A stretch of 64,000 bases of DNA from Spirochaetia bacterium (GCA_965208575.1 CBDBOV010000004.1:384001-448000), one strand, 5' to 3'; shown: positions 21,321-31,282, counted from the first letter of the stretch. Notes: generated by a model not told the origin, from the sequence alone. Made by a program: numbers and translations.

Positions 21321-22300
21321 GGCACCGGAATGGCGTCCAGTACTTCCGCCACCAGGTCGTCGGCGGTGCGCTCCTCGGCTTCCGCCTCATAGCTGAGGAT
21401 GACGCGATGGCGAAGCACGTCGGGGGCCATCGTCTTGACGTCCTGAGGCGTCACGTAGCCACGTCCGTGCAGCAGGGCGTGCGCCTTGGCGGCCAGGGTC
21501 AGGTAGATGGTGGCGCGGGGGGACGCGCCGTACTCGATCAGGCCGTCCAGTTCCAATCCGAAGCTGGCCGGCTCGCGCGTCGCGTACACCACGTCGACCA
21601 CGTACTCCTCCACCTTCTCCTCCATGTGAATCTGCTCCACCAGGGCGCGCAGGCGGCCGAAGTCGGCGGGCTGCAGAATCGGCTCCACGCGCGGCGCGGC
21701 CGCGGTGCGCGCCATCTGGCGCAGGATGCGCAGTTCCTCGTCGCGGCTGGGATAGCTCACCTGCACCTTGAGCATGAAGCGGTCCACCTGCGCTTCCGGC
21801 AGCGGGTAGGTGCCTTCCTGCTCGATCGGATTCTGCGTGGCGAGCACCATGAACGGATCGTCGAGCGCGTGGCTGTCGTCCCCGATAGTCACCTGCCGCT
21901 CCTGCATCGCCTCCAATAGGGCGCTCTGCACCTTGGCGGGGGCGCGGTTGATCTCGTCGGCGAGGATGATGTTGGCGAAGATCGGCCCGCGCCTGGTGGT
22001 GAACTCGCCGCTGCCGGGCTGGTACACCAGGGTGCCGATCAGGTCGGCGGGCAGCAGGTCGGGGGTGAACTGGATGCGCCGGAAACGGGCGTTGATCGCC
22101 TGCGCCAGCGTGGTGATGGAGAGCGTCTTGGCCAGGCCCGGAACTCCCTCGATCAGCAGGTGGGCATTGCACAGGAGTCCAATCTGCAGCCGTTCGAGCA
22201 GGTAGCCCTGCCCGACGATCACCTTCTCAAGCTGCTGGCGGACCCCCTGCAGCAGCCCGCTCTCGCGCTCCACCTGCGCGCCAATCTGCGTGACGTCCAC
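21317..22300 (-). CDS. moxR: MoxR-family AAA+ ATPase
   Basis: GVPGLAKT, RIQFTPDLLPAD, DEINRA, ATQNPIEQEGTYPLPEAQVDRF. Confidence 0.95.
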   Translation of the reverse strand: MDVTQIGAQVERESGLLQGVRQQLEKVIVGQGYLLERLQIGLLCNAHLLIEGVPGLAKTLSITTLAQAINARFRRIQFTPDLLPADLIGTLVYQPGSGEFTTRRGPIFANIILADEINRAPAKVQSALLEAMQERQVTIGDDSHALDDPFMVLATQNPIEQEGTYPLPEAQVDRFMLKVQVSYPSRDEELRILRQMARTAAAPRVEPILQPADFGRLRALVEQIHMEEKVEEYVVDVVYATREPASFGLELDGLIEYGASPRATIYLTLAAKAHALLHGRGYVTPQDVKTMAPDVLRHRVILSYEAEAEERTADDLVAEVLDAIPVP

Positions 22301-22534
22301 GATGCCTCTACCCTTCTCACTCTGCGTGTTGCTGCGACAGCGGATCGCGCTCACAGCCGGGCCGCCGTGCCCGGACCATCCGGTCCGCCAGAGCGGCACA
22401 AGTATTCTCAATGTAGTTGACCGCCAGCCGCGAAATCAACACGACCGAAGCAGCGCGAGCGGCCGACGTGCGATGGCACGACGCACCGCTGACTCGGGTT
22501 GCTGGCGCCACGCATGCGTGCAACAGTAGGAGCC

Positions 22535-22876
22535 ATGAGTGAACCTACCCTGCAGGACGTGCTCCAGCGTCTGGACCGGATCGACGGTCGCCTGGACCGG
22601 GTCGACCACGCGCAGCACGGCCAGGGCGGCGTCAGCCAGCAGCTCGCCGCAATCGGCCGATGTCTGGACGAGATGGAAAAGCGCACCGATGCTCGGGTGG
22701 GTGTCGTGAGGGCCGAGCTGGCTCAGCTACGCGCCGACGGCGGCGACCGTCTCCGCCAGACGGAGGATCGGATCAACGCTCGGCTCGACGCGATGAGTGG
22801 CCGGCTCGACCAGCTACGGAAGGAACTGCACGCCGACCTTTCGACGTTACGGGCGGCGATGAACGATCGCCGGTGA
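22535..22876 (+). CDS. Small coiled-coil hypothetical protein
   Basis: RBS AGGAG; heptad RLD/RID repeats. Confidence 0.7.
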   Translation: MSEPTLQDVLQRLDRIDGRLDRVDHAQHGQGGVSQQLAAIGRCLDEMEKRTDARVGVVRAELAQLRADGGDRLRQTEDRINARLDAMSGRLDQLRKELHADLSTLRAAMNDRR

Positions 22877-23039
22877 GGCTCCTGCTCGTGGCCGCGCTGC
22901 TGTGCACTCGCACCCGGAGCAGCCGGTCGCGGGACCCGGCGTCGCCGCACTCGGTCCAGCAGGTTTCGTCGCGGGCTGCCGGTCCCGGCGGCGCCCTGCG
23001 GCGGTGGACGAGTTGCGTCGCTCCGTGATTGGGTAAGAC

Positions 23040-24059
23040 ATGCAGACGGCAACCCTGGGACGCACCGGCGTCGAACTCACCCGGCTCGGTCTCGGCTGCG
23101 CGCCGATCGGCGACCTGCTGAGCACGGTCAGCGAGACGACCGCCCGGGAGGTGCTCCGCAGTGCCTGGGACGCCGGCATCCGGTATTTCGACACCTCGCC
23201 GTTCTACGGCCACGGCAAGAGCGAACACCGCCTGGGCGAGTTCCTGCGCGGCATCCCGCGCGATCAGTTCATGGTCTCCACCAAGGCGGGCCGCGTGCTG
23301 CGCCCCACCACCCGGCCCGACCTGCTCGATCAGCAATACTGGCGCGATCCGCTGCCGTTCACGCTGCACTTCGACTACAGCTACGACGGCATCATGCGTT
23401 CCTACGAGGACAGCCTGCAGCGGCTCGGCCTGGCATCGGTCGACCTGCTGGTGATCCACGACCTCGACCGGATGTTTCATCACTCCGAGCAGCGCATCGC
23501 GGCGCTGATGCAGGAGATGGCCACCAGCGGTTGGCGCGCGCTGGACCAGCTCCGCTCCAGCGGCGCCATCTCCGGGGTGGGCGCCGGCATCAACTTCGTC
23601 GGCCTCATTCCCCGCTTCCTGGACCTGATGGAGCTCGACTTCTTCCTGGTCGCCCAGGACTACAACCTGCTCGACCACGACGTGCTCGACCACGACTTCC
23701 CGCGCTGTGCCGACGCCGGGGTGGCGATCATCATCGGCGCCCTGTTCGCCTCCGGCATCCTGGCCACGGAGGGCCGCGGCAACGCCAGCTACCGCTACGC
23801 CGACCCGCCGCCCGAAGTGGTGCAGCGCGTGCAGGCGATGGCTGCCGTGTGCAACCGCCACGGCATCGACCTGGCCACCGCCGCGCTGCAGTTCCCTCTC
23901 GCGCACCCGCTGGTCACCGCCGCCATCCCCGGCGCCGCCCGGCCCGAATACGTCACCGGCAACGTCCGACGCCTGCAAACCCCCATCCCCGCCGACCTCT
24001 GGTCCGAACTGAAGTCCGAGGCCCTGCTCCGCCCCGACGCTCCCGTACCGGGCGCCTGA
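23040..24059 (+). CDS. Aldo/keto reductase (D-threo-aldose 1-dehydrogenase-like)
   Basis: LGLGCAP, FDTSPFYG, STKAGR, FDYSYDG, IHD. Confidence 0.92.
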   Translation: MQTATLGRTGVELTRLGLGCAPIGDLLSTVSETTAREVLRSAWDAGIRYFDTSPFYGHGKSEHRLGEFLRGIPRDQFMVSTKAGRVLRPTTRPDLLDQQYWRDPLPFTLHFDYSYDGIMRSYEDSLQRLGLASVDLLVIHDLDRMFHHSEQRIAALMQEMATSGWRALDQLRSSGAISGVGAGINFVGLIPRFLDLMELDFFLVAQDYNLLDHDVLDHDFPRCADAGVAIIIGALFASGILATEGRGNASYRYADPPPEVVQRVQAMAAVCNRHGIDLATAALQFPLAHPLVTAAIPGAARPEYVTGNVRRLQTPIPADLWSELKSEALLRPDAPVPGA

Positions 24060-24081
24060 GACGCTGCCGGATCGTCGGCTC

Positions 24082-24861
24082 TCAACCCGCCTGGTCGGGC
24101 GGGCGGATCCAGAACGGTTCGAGGTGGTAGGCGGGTTGCCAGCCGAGGATGCGGGTGATCTTTTCGCTCGAGAACTTGCGGTGCGGGCTGCGGGCGAACG
24201 TGAAGTAGGTCTCGCAGCGTGACGGCAGGCGGGCCAGCTCGACCTCCAGGGCGGCGCGCACGGCGGTCCCGGTGTCGGGCCAGGCGATCACGAACGGCCG
24301 TTCGAGGTCGTGGCCGAGAATCGCCTTGTCGCCGGGTTGGTGGCGGTTCCACAGCCACGTACCCGGGTGGCGCATGCCCATGAACAGCAGGGTCTGCACG
24401 TAAAGGTCATGCCGCTCGCTGAATACGCGCAGCACCTCCTGACCGAGCGCCTTGGTGAGCGCATACAGGCGGGTGCCCGGCTGCGGCGGCATGTCCGGGT
24501 TCAGGTCGAAGTCCCAATCCTCGTACTGAGGGCCGGCGAGCTGGTAGTGGGGGCCGGTGTTGACGATGCGCCTGATGCCGTGGCGCACCGCCGCCGCCGC
24601 CAGGTTGTAGTTGCCCTGCACATTGACCTCGAACGCCTGCACGCGGTCTTCGCGCAGCACCGAGAGGTTGACGATGGCGTCCATGCCATCCGCGGCCGCG
24701 ACCACGCCATCCCGGTCGGCGACGCTCAGGCGCCGGTATTCGTGGCCGAAGTTCGCCGGCGGGTCGTTGATGTCGGTCACGCGCAGAGTGTGGCGGCCGG
24801 CGAGGGCGTCGATCACCCACGGACCCATCATGCCGTTGCCACCGAGGATGAGCACGTTCAT
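24082..24861 (-). CDS. NAD-dependent epimerase/dehydratase family protein
   Basis: GGNGMMG, YALTK. Confidence 0.85.
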   Translation of the reverse strand: MNVLILGGNGMMGPWVIDALAGRHTLRVTDINDPPANFGHEYRRLSVADRDGVVAAADGMDAIVNLSVLREDRVQAFEVNVQGNYNLAAAAVRHGIRRIVNTGPHYQLAGPQYEDWDFDLNPDMPPQPGTRLYALTKALGQEVLRVFSERHDLYVQTLLFMGMRHPGTWLWNRHQPGDKAILGHDLERPFVIAWPDTGTAVRAALEVELARLPSRCETYFTFARSPHRKFSSEKITRILGWQPAYHLEPFWIRPPDQAG

Positions 24862-25532
24862 GGCGCGGCCCCGCCGTCATCCGCTCCCGGAAACGCCAAC
24901 AGCGTCCCGGCCTCGCGCATCAGGTAGCGGGCCCCCGGCACGGGAGACTGCACGTGCACCTCCTGCCACTGCGCCAGTTCCGCCGTCAAGGCCCGGCCGA
25001 CCGCCTCCGCGGCATCCGACGCGGCGACCGCCGCCGGTCCGTGCTCAGAACGCAGCGCAGTGCGGTCGCCGGGCACCTCCGGGAACCCGATTCGCAATGT
25101 GAGCACTCGCATGAGTCGGTCGCGGGCGCACTCCTTGGCGACCATCTCGCCGAGGTGGCACGCCAGCAGCGCCGGATCATCGCTCGGCGGCCGTGAGCGC
25201 CACTGTTCGGTTACCGTCAGGTGGGCGGGCAGCTCCTCCAGCAGGCGCAGCGTGCTGACGCAGATGCATCGTTCCGCCCCGGCGGCCGCGGCCGCCAGCA
25301 GCAGGTTGTAGGTGCGCCGCGTGGCATGGTCGATCAGTTCGTTCGCCTGGCCGCCGGCGCACGAGTACGCGAAGTGGACCACGGCATTGACTCCCACTAC
25401 CAGTTGTTCGGTCGCGGCATCCGCCTCCAGCGGTTCCTCCCACCCGATCCGCCGCACCGCGTGGTGCTCGGCGAGCCGATCGGCAACGGCGCCCGCGAAC
25501 GGGTTGTCGGCGTTGGTCACCAGGATGTTCAT
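24858..25532 (-). CDS. Degenerate NAD-dependent epimerase/dehydratase-like protein
   Basis: Rossmann-like layout, but glycine loop (TNADNPFA) and YxxxK (LLACH) are not conserved; stop overlaps next start. Confidence 0.7.
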   Translation of the reverse strand: MNILVTNADNPFAGAVADRLAEHHAVRRIGWEEPLEADAATEQLVVGVNAVVHFAYSCAGGQANELIDHATRRTYNLLLAAAAAGAERCICVSTLRLLEELPAHLTVTEQWRSRPPSDDPALLACHLGEMVAKECARDRLMRVLTLRIGFPEVPGDRTALRSEHGPAAVAASDAAEAVGRALTAELAQWQEVHVQSPVPGARYLMREAGTLLAFPGADDGGAAP

Positions 25533-25641
25533 CTCGTCTCTTTCCGCGGCACTGTATCGGAAACGCGGGCGGACCGCCATGGCGGGTAACGTCGCGGCCC
25601 AATTCCGCAACTCGCGCGATTCGTGTAGTCTCCGCGCCAGT

Positions 25642-26292
25642 ATGCGAACGCTGGTACTGTGCGATGACCGCGCCCACCCCGCTACGCTGACGCGCGGCGG
25701 GCTCGCTCCGCTGGCCGGCAGCGGCTACGAATTCGACTGGATCGAGGATCCCGACACCTGGTCGGCCGAGGCGATGCGACAGTACCGCGTGGTGGTGTTC
25801 TCCAAGGCGAATAATCGCTCCACCACCGACGCGGCGCCGTGGGCGGCCGAGCAGGAGGGAAGCGCGTTTGCGGACTACGTGGCGGACGGCAACGGCATCC
25901 TGTTTCTGCACTCCGGCACCGCGCTGTACGACGACTCGCCGTCGCTGTGCCGGCTCATGGGCGGCACGTTCGCGGGCCATCCGCCGCAGTGCGAGGTTAC
26001 CGTAGAGCCGGCAGCGGGACATCCGCTCACCGCCGGCTGCACGCGGTTCGCCGGGCGCGACGAGCACTACCAGATGGCGATGAACGACCCGCACGTGGAG
26101 CTGTTCCTGCACACCGCCTCCGAACACGGCACCGAGCCCGGCGGCTGGACGCGCACGCATGGCAAGGGCCGCGTGTGCGTGCTCACGCCGGGCCATAACC
26201 TGCCCATCTGGCTGCAGCCTTCCTACCAGCGCCTGCTGCGCAACTGCCTGGCGTGGTGCGCCGGCGAAACCGACACAGGAGTCTCGACATGA
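25642..26292 (+). CDS. ThuA-like domain protein
   Basis: GILFLHS, GGTFAGHP, DEHY, GWTRTHGKGRV, PGH. Confidence 0.88.
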   Translation: MRTLVLCDDRAHPATLTRGGLAPLAGSGYEFDWIEDPDTWSAEAMRQYRVVVFSKANNRSTTDAAPWAAEQEGSAFADYVADGNGILFLHSGTALYDDSPSLCRLMGGTFAGHPPQCEVTVEPAAGHPLTAGCTRFAGRDEHYQMAMNDPHVELFLHTASEHGTEPGGWTRTHGKGRVCVLTPGHNLPIWLQPSYQRLLRNCLAWCAGETDTGVST

Positions 26293-27236
26293 ACACCTCC
26301 GACACCCCCGCCGTCCCGCGCCGTGTGCTCGGCAAGACCGGGCTGTCGATCCCGGTCATTCCGTTCGGCACCCAGGGATTCGGCAACCACTTCGGCTTTG
26401 TGTCCGACGAGGACGCGGTGGCGCTGGTGAAGCACGCCGTGGCGCTGGGCGTAAACCACTTCGACTGTGCGCGCTGCTACGGCGACTCGCTACGCAAGCT
26501 CGGCGTGGCGCTCAGGGAAGTCCCGCGCCCGGACGTGATCATCACCGGACGGCTGTGCTGCCACTCCGGAGCCCAGTGGGGCGGCTACGGTGAGGGTGAG
26601 CCGGACTTTTCGGCCGAACGCGTGCTGCGCGACGTGGAGGATCAGCTTGCCGTGCTTGGCATCGACCACTTCGACGGCATGTTGATCCACGATCCGCCGC
26701 GCATGGAGCCGACCCTGGCCAAGGAGGGCACGCTGGCCGGACTGCTGAGCCTCAAGGCGCGCGGCGTGGTGCGCAACGTCGGCTACGGCATGCGCCCGCA
26801 CGAGTTCCACCGGGAGGCGATCGCCACCGGCGACGTCGACTTCCTGCTGTGCTTCAGCGACTACCACCTGCTGCGGCAGACCGCCGCCGACGGCGTGCTG
26901 GCGGCCGCCGCCGCGGCCGGCGTGGGCGTCATGAACGGCTGGTCGATCCTGCGCGGCCTGCTGACCGGCGGCGATCCGGCGGAGACCGCGCGGCTCGGCA
27001 ACTACCGCAACGAAGAGGACATCGCGGCGGCGCGCGAACGCTGGCAGTGGTGCCGCGACCGGGGGGTCGACCTGCTGCAGCTCGCCCTGCAGTTCTGCCT
27101 GCGGGAGCCGCGCATCCACGGCAACCCGATCGGCAGCCTCAACGCCGCCCAACTGGAGCAGAACATCCGCGCCGCGGCCACCCCCCTCGACGACTCGACC
27201 TGGACCGCCTACCAGGAGGCATTCCCCGAACGGTGA
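26289..27236 (+). CDS. Aldo/keto reductase
   Basis: RRVLGKTG, FDCARCYG, LIHDP. Confidence 0.88.
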   Translation: MNTSDTPAVPRRVLGKTGLSIPVIPFGTQGFGNHFGFVSDEDAVALVKHAVALGVNHFDCARCYGDSLRKLGVALREVPRPDVIITGRLCCHSGAQWGGYGEGEPDFSAERVLRDVEDQLAVLGIDHFDGMLIHDPPRMEPTLAKEGTLAGLLSLKARGVVRNVGYGMRPHEFHREAIATGDVDFLLCFSDYHLLRQTAADGVLAAAAAAGVGVMNGWSILRGLLTGGDPAETARLGNYRNEEDIAAARERWQWCRDRGVDLLQLALQFCLREPRIHGNPIGSLNAAQLEQNIRAAATPLDDSTWTAYQEAFPER

Positions 27237-27278
27237 CCGCGCCGAGCGCAGGGACCCGGGCTGGCTGAGAGCGCCTCC

Positions 27279-27767
27279 GTGCCCGAGATCGACGTACGGC
27301 GCATGCTCCCCACGGAGTTGGCGTCGGCAGCCGACCTGTATGTACGAAGCATCACCGGCCTACTACGGGACATCCTGAAGCCGGAACAGATCCGGGCCGA
27401 CCACGAGTACCGCCGCTACTTCACCGACGTCGTCGCCCGTGACCTGGAACTCTGGGTGGCGGTCCGACCTGGCCGCCGGGTCGGCGTGATGGCCATGGCC
27501 GGCGAGTGGATCGATCAGCTCTACGTCGACCCGCCGGAGCAGCGCCGCGGAGCCGGCTCCGCACTGCTGGCACAGGCCAAGGCGTTGTCGCCGCACGGGC
27601 TGCGCGTGCTCACGCTGCAGCGCAACGCCGTCGCCTGCCGATTCTACGAGCGCCGCGGCTTCGCAGCCTACGACCACGGCGTCAGCCCACCGCCCGAAAA
27701 TGAACCCGACATCAGCTACCTGTGGCGCCCGAACCAGAACAGCAGCGCGGGCACGGGGACCCGTTGA
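27279..27767 (+). CDS. GNAT N-acetyltransferase
   Basis: LYVDPPEQRRGAGSALL, NAVACRFYERRGF. Confidence 0.9.
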   Translation: MPEIDVRRMLPTELASAADLYVRSITGLLRDILKPEQIRADHEYRRYFTDVVARDLELWVAVRPGRRVGVMAMAGEWIDQLYVDPPEQRRGAGSALLAQAKALSPHGLRVLTLQRNAVACRFYERRGFAAYDHGVSPPPENEPDISYLWRPNQNSSAGTGTR

Positions 27768-27768
27768 C

Positions 27769-28476
27769 CTACAGTGTTCGGATCCGGCGTACCAGGTCGC
27801 GGAGCGGGCTGGTTGCGCCGCGAGTGAGGTGCCGGTCGAGGGAGGTCAGGAGGTCGCGTTGGAAGGCCGTGACCTGGCGGAACACGGCAGCCGCGGACAC
27901 GCCGAATTCGACGGCGAATCCACAGGCGTCGCGCTCCAGCCTGGTGCTCCCGATGCTGTAGACCAGCGTCTCGCCGGTTACGCCGCCGTCTACCGTGCGC
28001 GCGAGCTCGATCAGGTCGGTGAGAGCCCGGTCGGGAAACGCGTTGCACAGCCAGATCAGGTCGTAGAGATCCTTCTCGCTGCACCGAGACACCAGCGTTG
28101 CGGCCTTCATGGCGAGCAGCCCGGACAGGCCGGCCACCACCACGTCGCCGGATCGGTTCGTGCAGGTGATGCCGAACACGTGCTCGTCATGCACGACGTC
28201 CACGGTGAACGAGAGTTCCCGGTGGTGGCACACGGCACGGAAGTACTGGTTGCTGTGGGCCGCCTCGACCAGTTCGACTCCGAGCGACCGCAAGGTGCGC
28301 ACGGCGAGCACGGTCTCGGTAAAGGCGGCTGCGCTGCCGGTAAACAGGTCGAGATCATCGGAGCGCCGGTGGCCCGCATAGAAACCCGCCAGCGCGGTGC
28401 CGCCGACCAGCATGCAGCCGCTGATCCGTTGCGCGAACACGTGCCTGAGCGCCTGCAGCAGCGGCGGCGGCAGCAC
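27769..28476 (-). CDS. AbiEii/AbiGii-family nucleotidyltransferase toxin
   Basis: LVGGTALA...HRRSDDLDLF, MK...R...KDLYDL. Confidence 0.88.
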   Translation of the reverse strand: MLPPPLLQALRHVFAQRISGCMLVGGTALAGFYAGHRRSDDLDLFTGSAAAFTETVLAVRTLRSLGVELVEAAHSNQYFRAVCHHRELSFTVDVVHDEHVFGITCTNRSGDVVVAGLSGLLAMKAATLVSRCSEKDLYDLIWLCNAFPDRALTDLIELARTVDGGVTGETLVYSIGSTRLERDACGFAVEFGVSAAAVFRQVTAFQRDLLTSLDRHLTRGATSPLRDLVRRIRTL

Positions 28477-28484
28477 GCGGACCG

Positions 28485-28958
28485 CTAACGACGGCTCAAA
28501 TCGCGGTGAATCTTCCACACGGCATCGACCACGGTGCGTCTCGCCGCCGGCAACCTCGAGCGGAGATCGGGATAAGCGTCCCACACCTGTGGCCCGAGCA
28601 CGACGGCGGCCTCGTATATTCCGCGGCTCTCGATCAAGCGTGCCACCGCGCGGGCCTGCCCCGTGGCCAGCGCGGCCAGAAAGCGGTAGACGTCGGGAAA
28701 GGAGCGGTCCCAACAGAACTCCGCGTACAACCGCCTCTCCTCGGCGGGACTCGCCAGTCCCGGCAGCGGCTGGAGCAACTCGGCGGGCGCGATGCCGAGA
28801 CCGGCGCTCAGGTTCAGCAGGTTGGCGACGTGCACATTGCGAAAATCCCCTTCGGCGGCGAACCACAGCGACACGGCCTGCCGGCTCACCGCGGCAGCCT
28901 GGGCCATGTCTACCTGCCGGTACCCCTTCTTCGCCGCCGCAGCCTTGAGCACGCTCAT
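28485..28958 (-). CDS. XRE-type HTH protein, putative antitoxin
   Basis: QVDMAQAAAVSRQAVSLW HTH plus C-terminal FCWD...VARLIESRG segment; directly upstream of AbiEii. Confidence 0.8.
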   Translation of the reverse strand: MSVLKAAAAKKGYRQVDMAQAAAVSRQAVSLWFAAEGDFRNVHVANLLNLSAGLGIAPAELLQPLPGLASPAEERRLYAEFCWDRSFPDVYRFLAALATGQARAVARLIESRGIYEAAVVLGPQVWDAYPDLRSRLPAARRTVVDAVWKIHRDLSRR

Positions 28959-28973
28959 GTACACGATACTGCG

Positions 28974-29002
28974 ATGCTGCCGCTTGTGAGCGGCTATGTC
29001 AA
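28974..29002 (-). promoter_or_regulatory. Promoter with palindromic operator in the spacer
   Basis: TTGACA-N17-CAGCAT; GCCGCT-N4-AGCGGC at 28979-28994. Confidence 0.6.
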
Positions 29003-29057
29003 GCTTACTTGTCGTCCGAAAGCGACCGTGACACCGACTCGCGGCACGAGATGACGG

Positions 29058-30488
29058 TTACGAGTCTTCGGAATACGTTTGCCAGCGCCGGCGGAGGCGG
29101 GCGCCCCATTGGTCTACTACCTCGCGTGGCCTGCCGGGGTCGAGCGGCCGCCTCTCCAGGCGGCGCTCCTCGGCGGTGAGCGCGGCGCGCAACGCCGCCA
29201 GCGTGGCGGCCTGCGCCGGGTCGGAGGTCAGGTTGCGGGTCTCGCCGGGGTCGGCCTGCAGGTCGAAGAGCTGCTCCAGGCCGCGCTCGGCGGTGTCCGG
29301 CCCCGGCGGCACGTAGTCCTCCACTTCCTTCGGACGGTACTCGGTGACGTACTTGTGGGTGGCGGTGACCAGCGCCCGGCCCCAGTAGTTGGACTCGATG
29401 TAGACCCCGTCCCGCCACGGCACCTCGCGGCCCTCGACCAGGGGCCGCAGGCTGCGCCCGAGGCAGCGCGGCGGAGCGGGAATGCCGGCGTAGTCGCATA
29501 TCGTTGCCGGCAGGTCGACGCCGGACACCAGGTGGTCGAGCCGGCTGCCCTTCTCCACCGGCAACCGGTCGCCGAGGCTGGCCACCACCAGCGGCACGCG
29601 CACACTCTCCTCGTACAGGGTGAACTTCTGGAACATCTGGTGCTGACCGGCCGCCTCACCGTGGTCGGCGGTGAAGATCACGATGGTGTCGTCGCGAAAC
29701 CGGCTGGCGGCCAGGGCGTCGAGCACCAGGCCGATCTCGGCGTCCACCTTCTCCACGAAGCGGTACAGGTTCCAGGCGAACGAGCGCCAGTCCAGGGCGG
29801 AGAAGCGGCGCGTCTTGCGCAGGATCTTCCAGTGGATGAGGCACTCGTCGTCACGCCGGATCACGCGGTGTTGCAACGGCTCGCGCGGGTCGTAGTCGAA
29901 GTTGTTCGGCAGCGGCGGCAGCTCATCCTCGCGCAGGATGCCCTGGGCGACCGCGTCGGGAATCTCCTTCTCCTCGTAGTTGTGGCCGTACTCGCACACG
30001 TCGTGCGGATTGACGAACGCAAGTTGCAGGTAGAATGGCGCCTCGCCGTTGTGGGTGGTCAGGAACTGCAGCGCGGCGTGGGTGATGGCGGGGTCGTAGA
30101 ACTCGCCGGTGCTGGCGCCGATGCGGCGCGCCCCGAAGTACAGCGTGTCGAAGCTGCGGGTCACGTCGCGGCCGTCGACGTGCCACTTGCCGGCGTGGAA
30201 GGCGCCGTAGCCGCCGGCGCGCAGGAGCTGTCCCAGGTCGGGAATGTCGTCGTGCAGGTGGCCGCCGTTGAACGGCACGCCGGCCTCGGATGTGTAGCGC
30301 CCGGTGGCCCAACTGGTGCGCGCGGGGGCGCACACCGGGTCGGTGCAATAGGAGCGCATGAACGAGGTGCCGGACGCCACCAGCCGGTCCATGTTCGGGG
30401 TGTTCAGCCAGCGGTTGCCGTAGGCGGAGATGGCGTCCCAGGTCTGCTGGTCGGTGTTGATGAATACGATGTTCGGACGTGTGCTCAT
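29058..30488 (-). CDS. Sulfatase (FGly-dependent, Cys-type)
   Basis: RPNIVFINTDQ, CAPARTSWATG, GKWH, NPHD, ADHG. Confidence 0.93.
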   Translation of the reverse strand: MSTRPNIVFINTDQQTWDAISAYGNRWLNTPNMDRLVASGTSFMRSYCTDPVCAPARTSWATGRYTSEAGVPFNGGHLHDDIPDLGQLLRAGGYGAFHAGKWHVDGRDVTRSFDTLYFGARRIGASTGEFYDPAITHAALQFLTTHNGEAPFYLQLAFVNPHDVCEYGHNYEEKEIPDAVAQGILREDELPPLPNNFDYDPREPLQHRVIRRDDECLIHWKILRKTRRFSALDWRSFAWNLYRFVEKVDAEIGLVLDALAASRFRDDTIVIFTADHGEAAGQHQMFQKFTLYEESVRVPLVVASLGDRLPVEKGSRLDHLVSGVDLPATICDYAGIPAPPRCLGRSLRPLVEGREVPWRDGVYIESNYWGRALVTATHKYVTEYRPKEVEDYVPPGPDTAERGLEQLFDLQADPGETRNLTSDPAQAATLAALRAALTAEERRLERRPLDPGRPREVVDQWGARLRRRWQTYSEDS

Positions 30489-31282
30489 GACCCGTCCTCG
30501 GCTCCGGGGCCGCGCAGGACCAGGGTGTGGAACATGCTTCTCACCACGCACGCCGTGCCGCGCTCGTCCAGCCACCAGTAGCTCGGCAGCATGCCGGCGC
30601 CATGCTGGCAGAATCCGCGCAGGCGGTGGCCGGCTACCTCGATCGGCCCGCCGGCGAGCACGCGGACCGTGCACGGCGCTCGCAACTTCTCCAGGTCCTC
30701 CAGCACGGCGAACGGCTCCAGCTCGGGTGCGCCCGCCACGATCGACGGCAGAGCGTCGAACAACGTCCACCAGGAGGTCAGCGGCAGCGCAGGACCCAGT
30801 TCGCCGGTGCGCAACTCGATGCCGTTGATCGTCAGGGCGATCACGCGCCGGCCGGCCTCCATCACGGTCGATCCCGCGACCTTGATGCCGCTGTACTGGT
30901 CGCCGGCCGCGTTGGTCGTCGTAACGCTCCAAGGGCCGGCAAGCCGGGGCAACGGGTCGCCGGTGGTGCGGAAGTCGAGCGTCACCTGCTCGCCGCTGGT
31001 GACGTTGTCGTGCGTGACACGGTAGTGCGCGCCGCCCGACGCCTCGGGGCTGCGCACGATCTCGGCGCTGCCGATGGGCAACGCGCCGTCCCCATCCAGC
31101 CATGCCTGGTGCCAGCCGGCGGCAAAGTTCGGCAGCACCTCGTAACGGCGCACGGCGCCGTCGTGCGCGGTACCCGGAGCCCAGCTCTCCAGGGCGGCGC
31201 ACAGCGCGTTCCCGAAGTGCGGGCGTTGCAACCCGGTGTCATGATCGATCGACCAGTGCCGTCGCTCGCCGACGGTCGGCAT
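30485..31282 (-). CDS. Hypothetical protein coupled to sulfatase
   Basis: RBS GAGGAGG; ATGA overlap with sulfatase start. Confidence 0.75.
   Translation of the reverse strand: MPTVGERRHWSIDHDTGLQRPHFGNALCAALESWAPGTAHDGAVRRYEVLPNFAAGWHQAWLDGDGALPIGSAEIVRSPEASGGAHYRVTHDNVTSGEQVTLDFRTTGDPLPRLAGPWSVTTTNAAGDQYSGIKVAGSTVMEAGRRVIALTINGIELRTGELGPALPLTSWWTLFDALPSIVAGAPELEPFAVLEDLEKLRAPCTVRVLAGGPIEVAGHRLRGFCQHGAGMLPSYWWLDERGTACVVRSMFHTLVLRGPGAEDGS

Noticed and set aside
13449-22300. moxR-DUF58-bat operon as a novel system
   Set aside because: Well-known conserved gene order.
22877-23039. GC-rich intergenic stems before the aldo-keto reductase
   Set aside because: Pairing is short and expected at this GC content; no conserved motif recognised.
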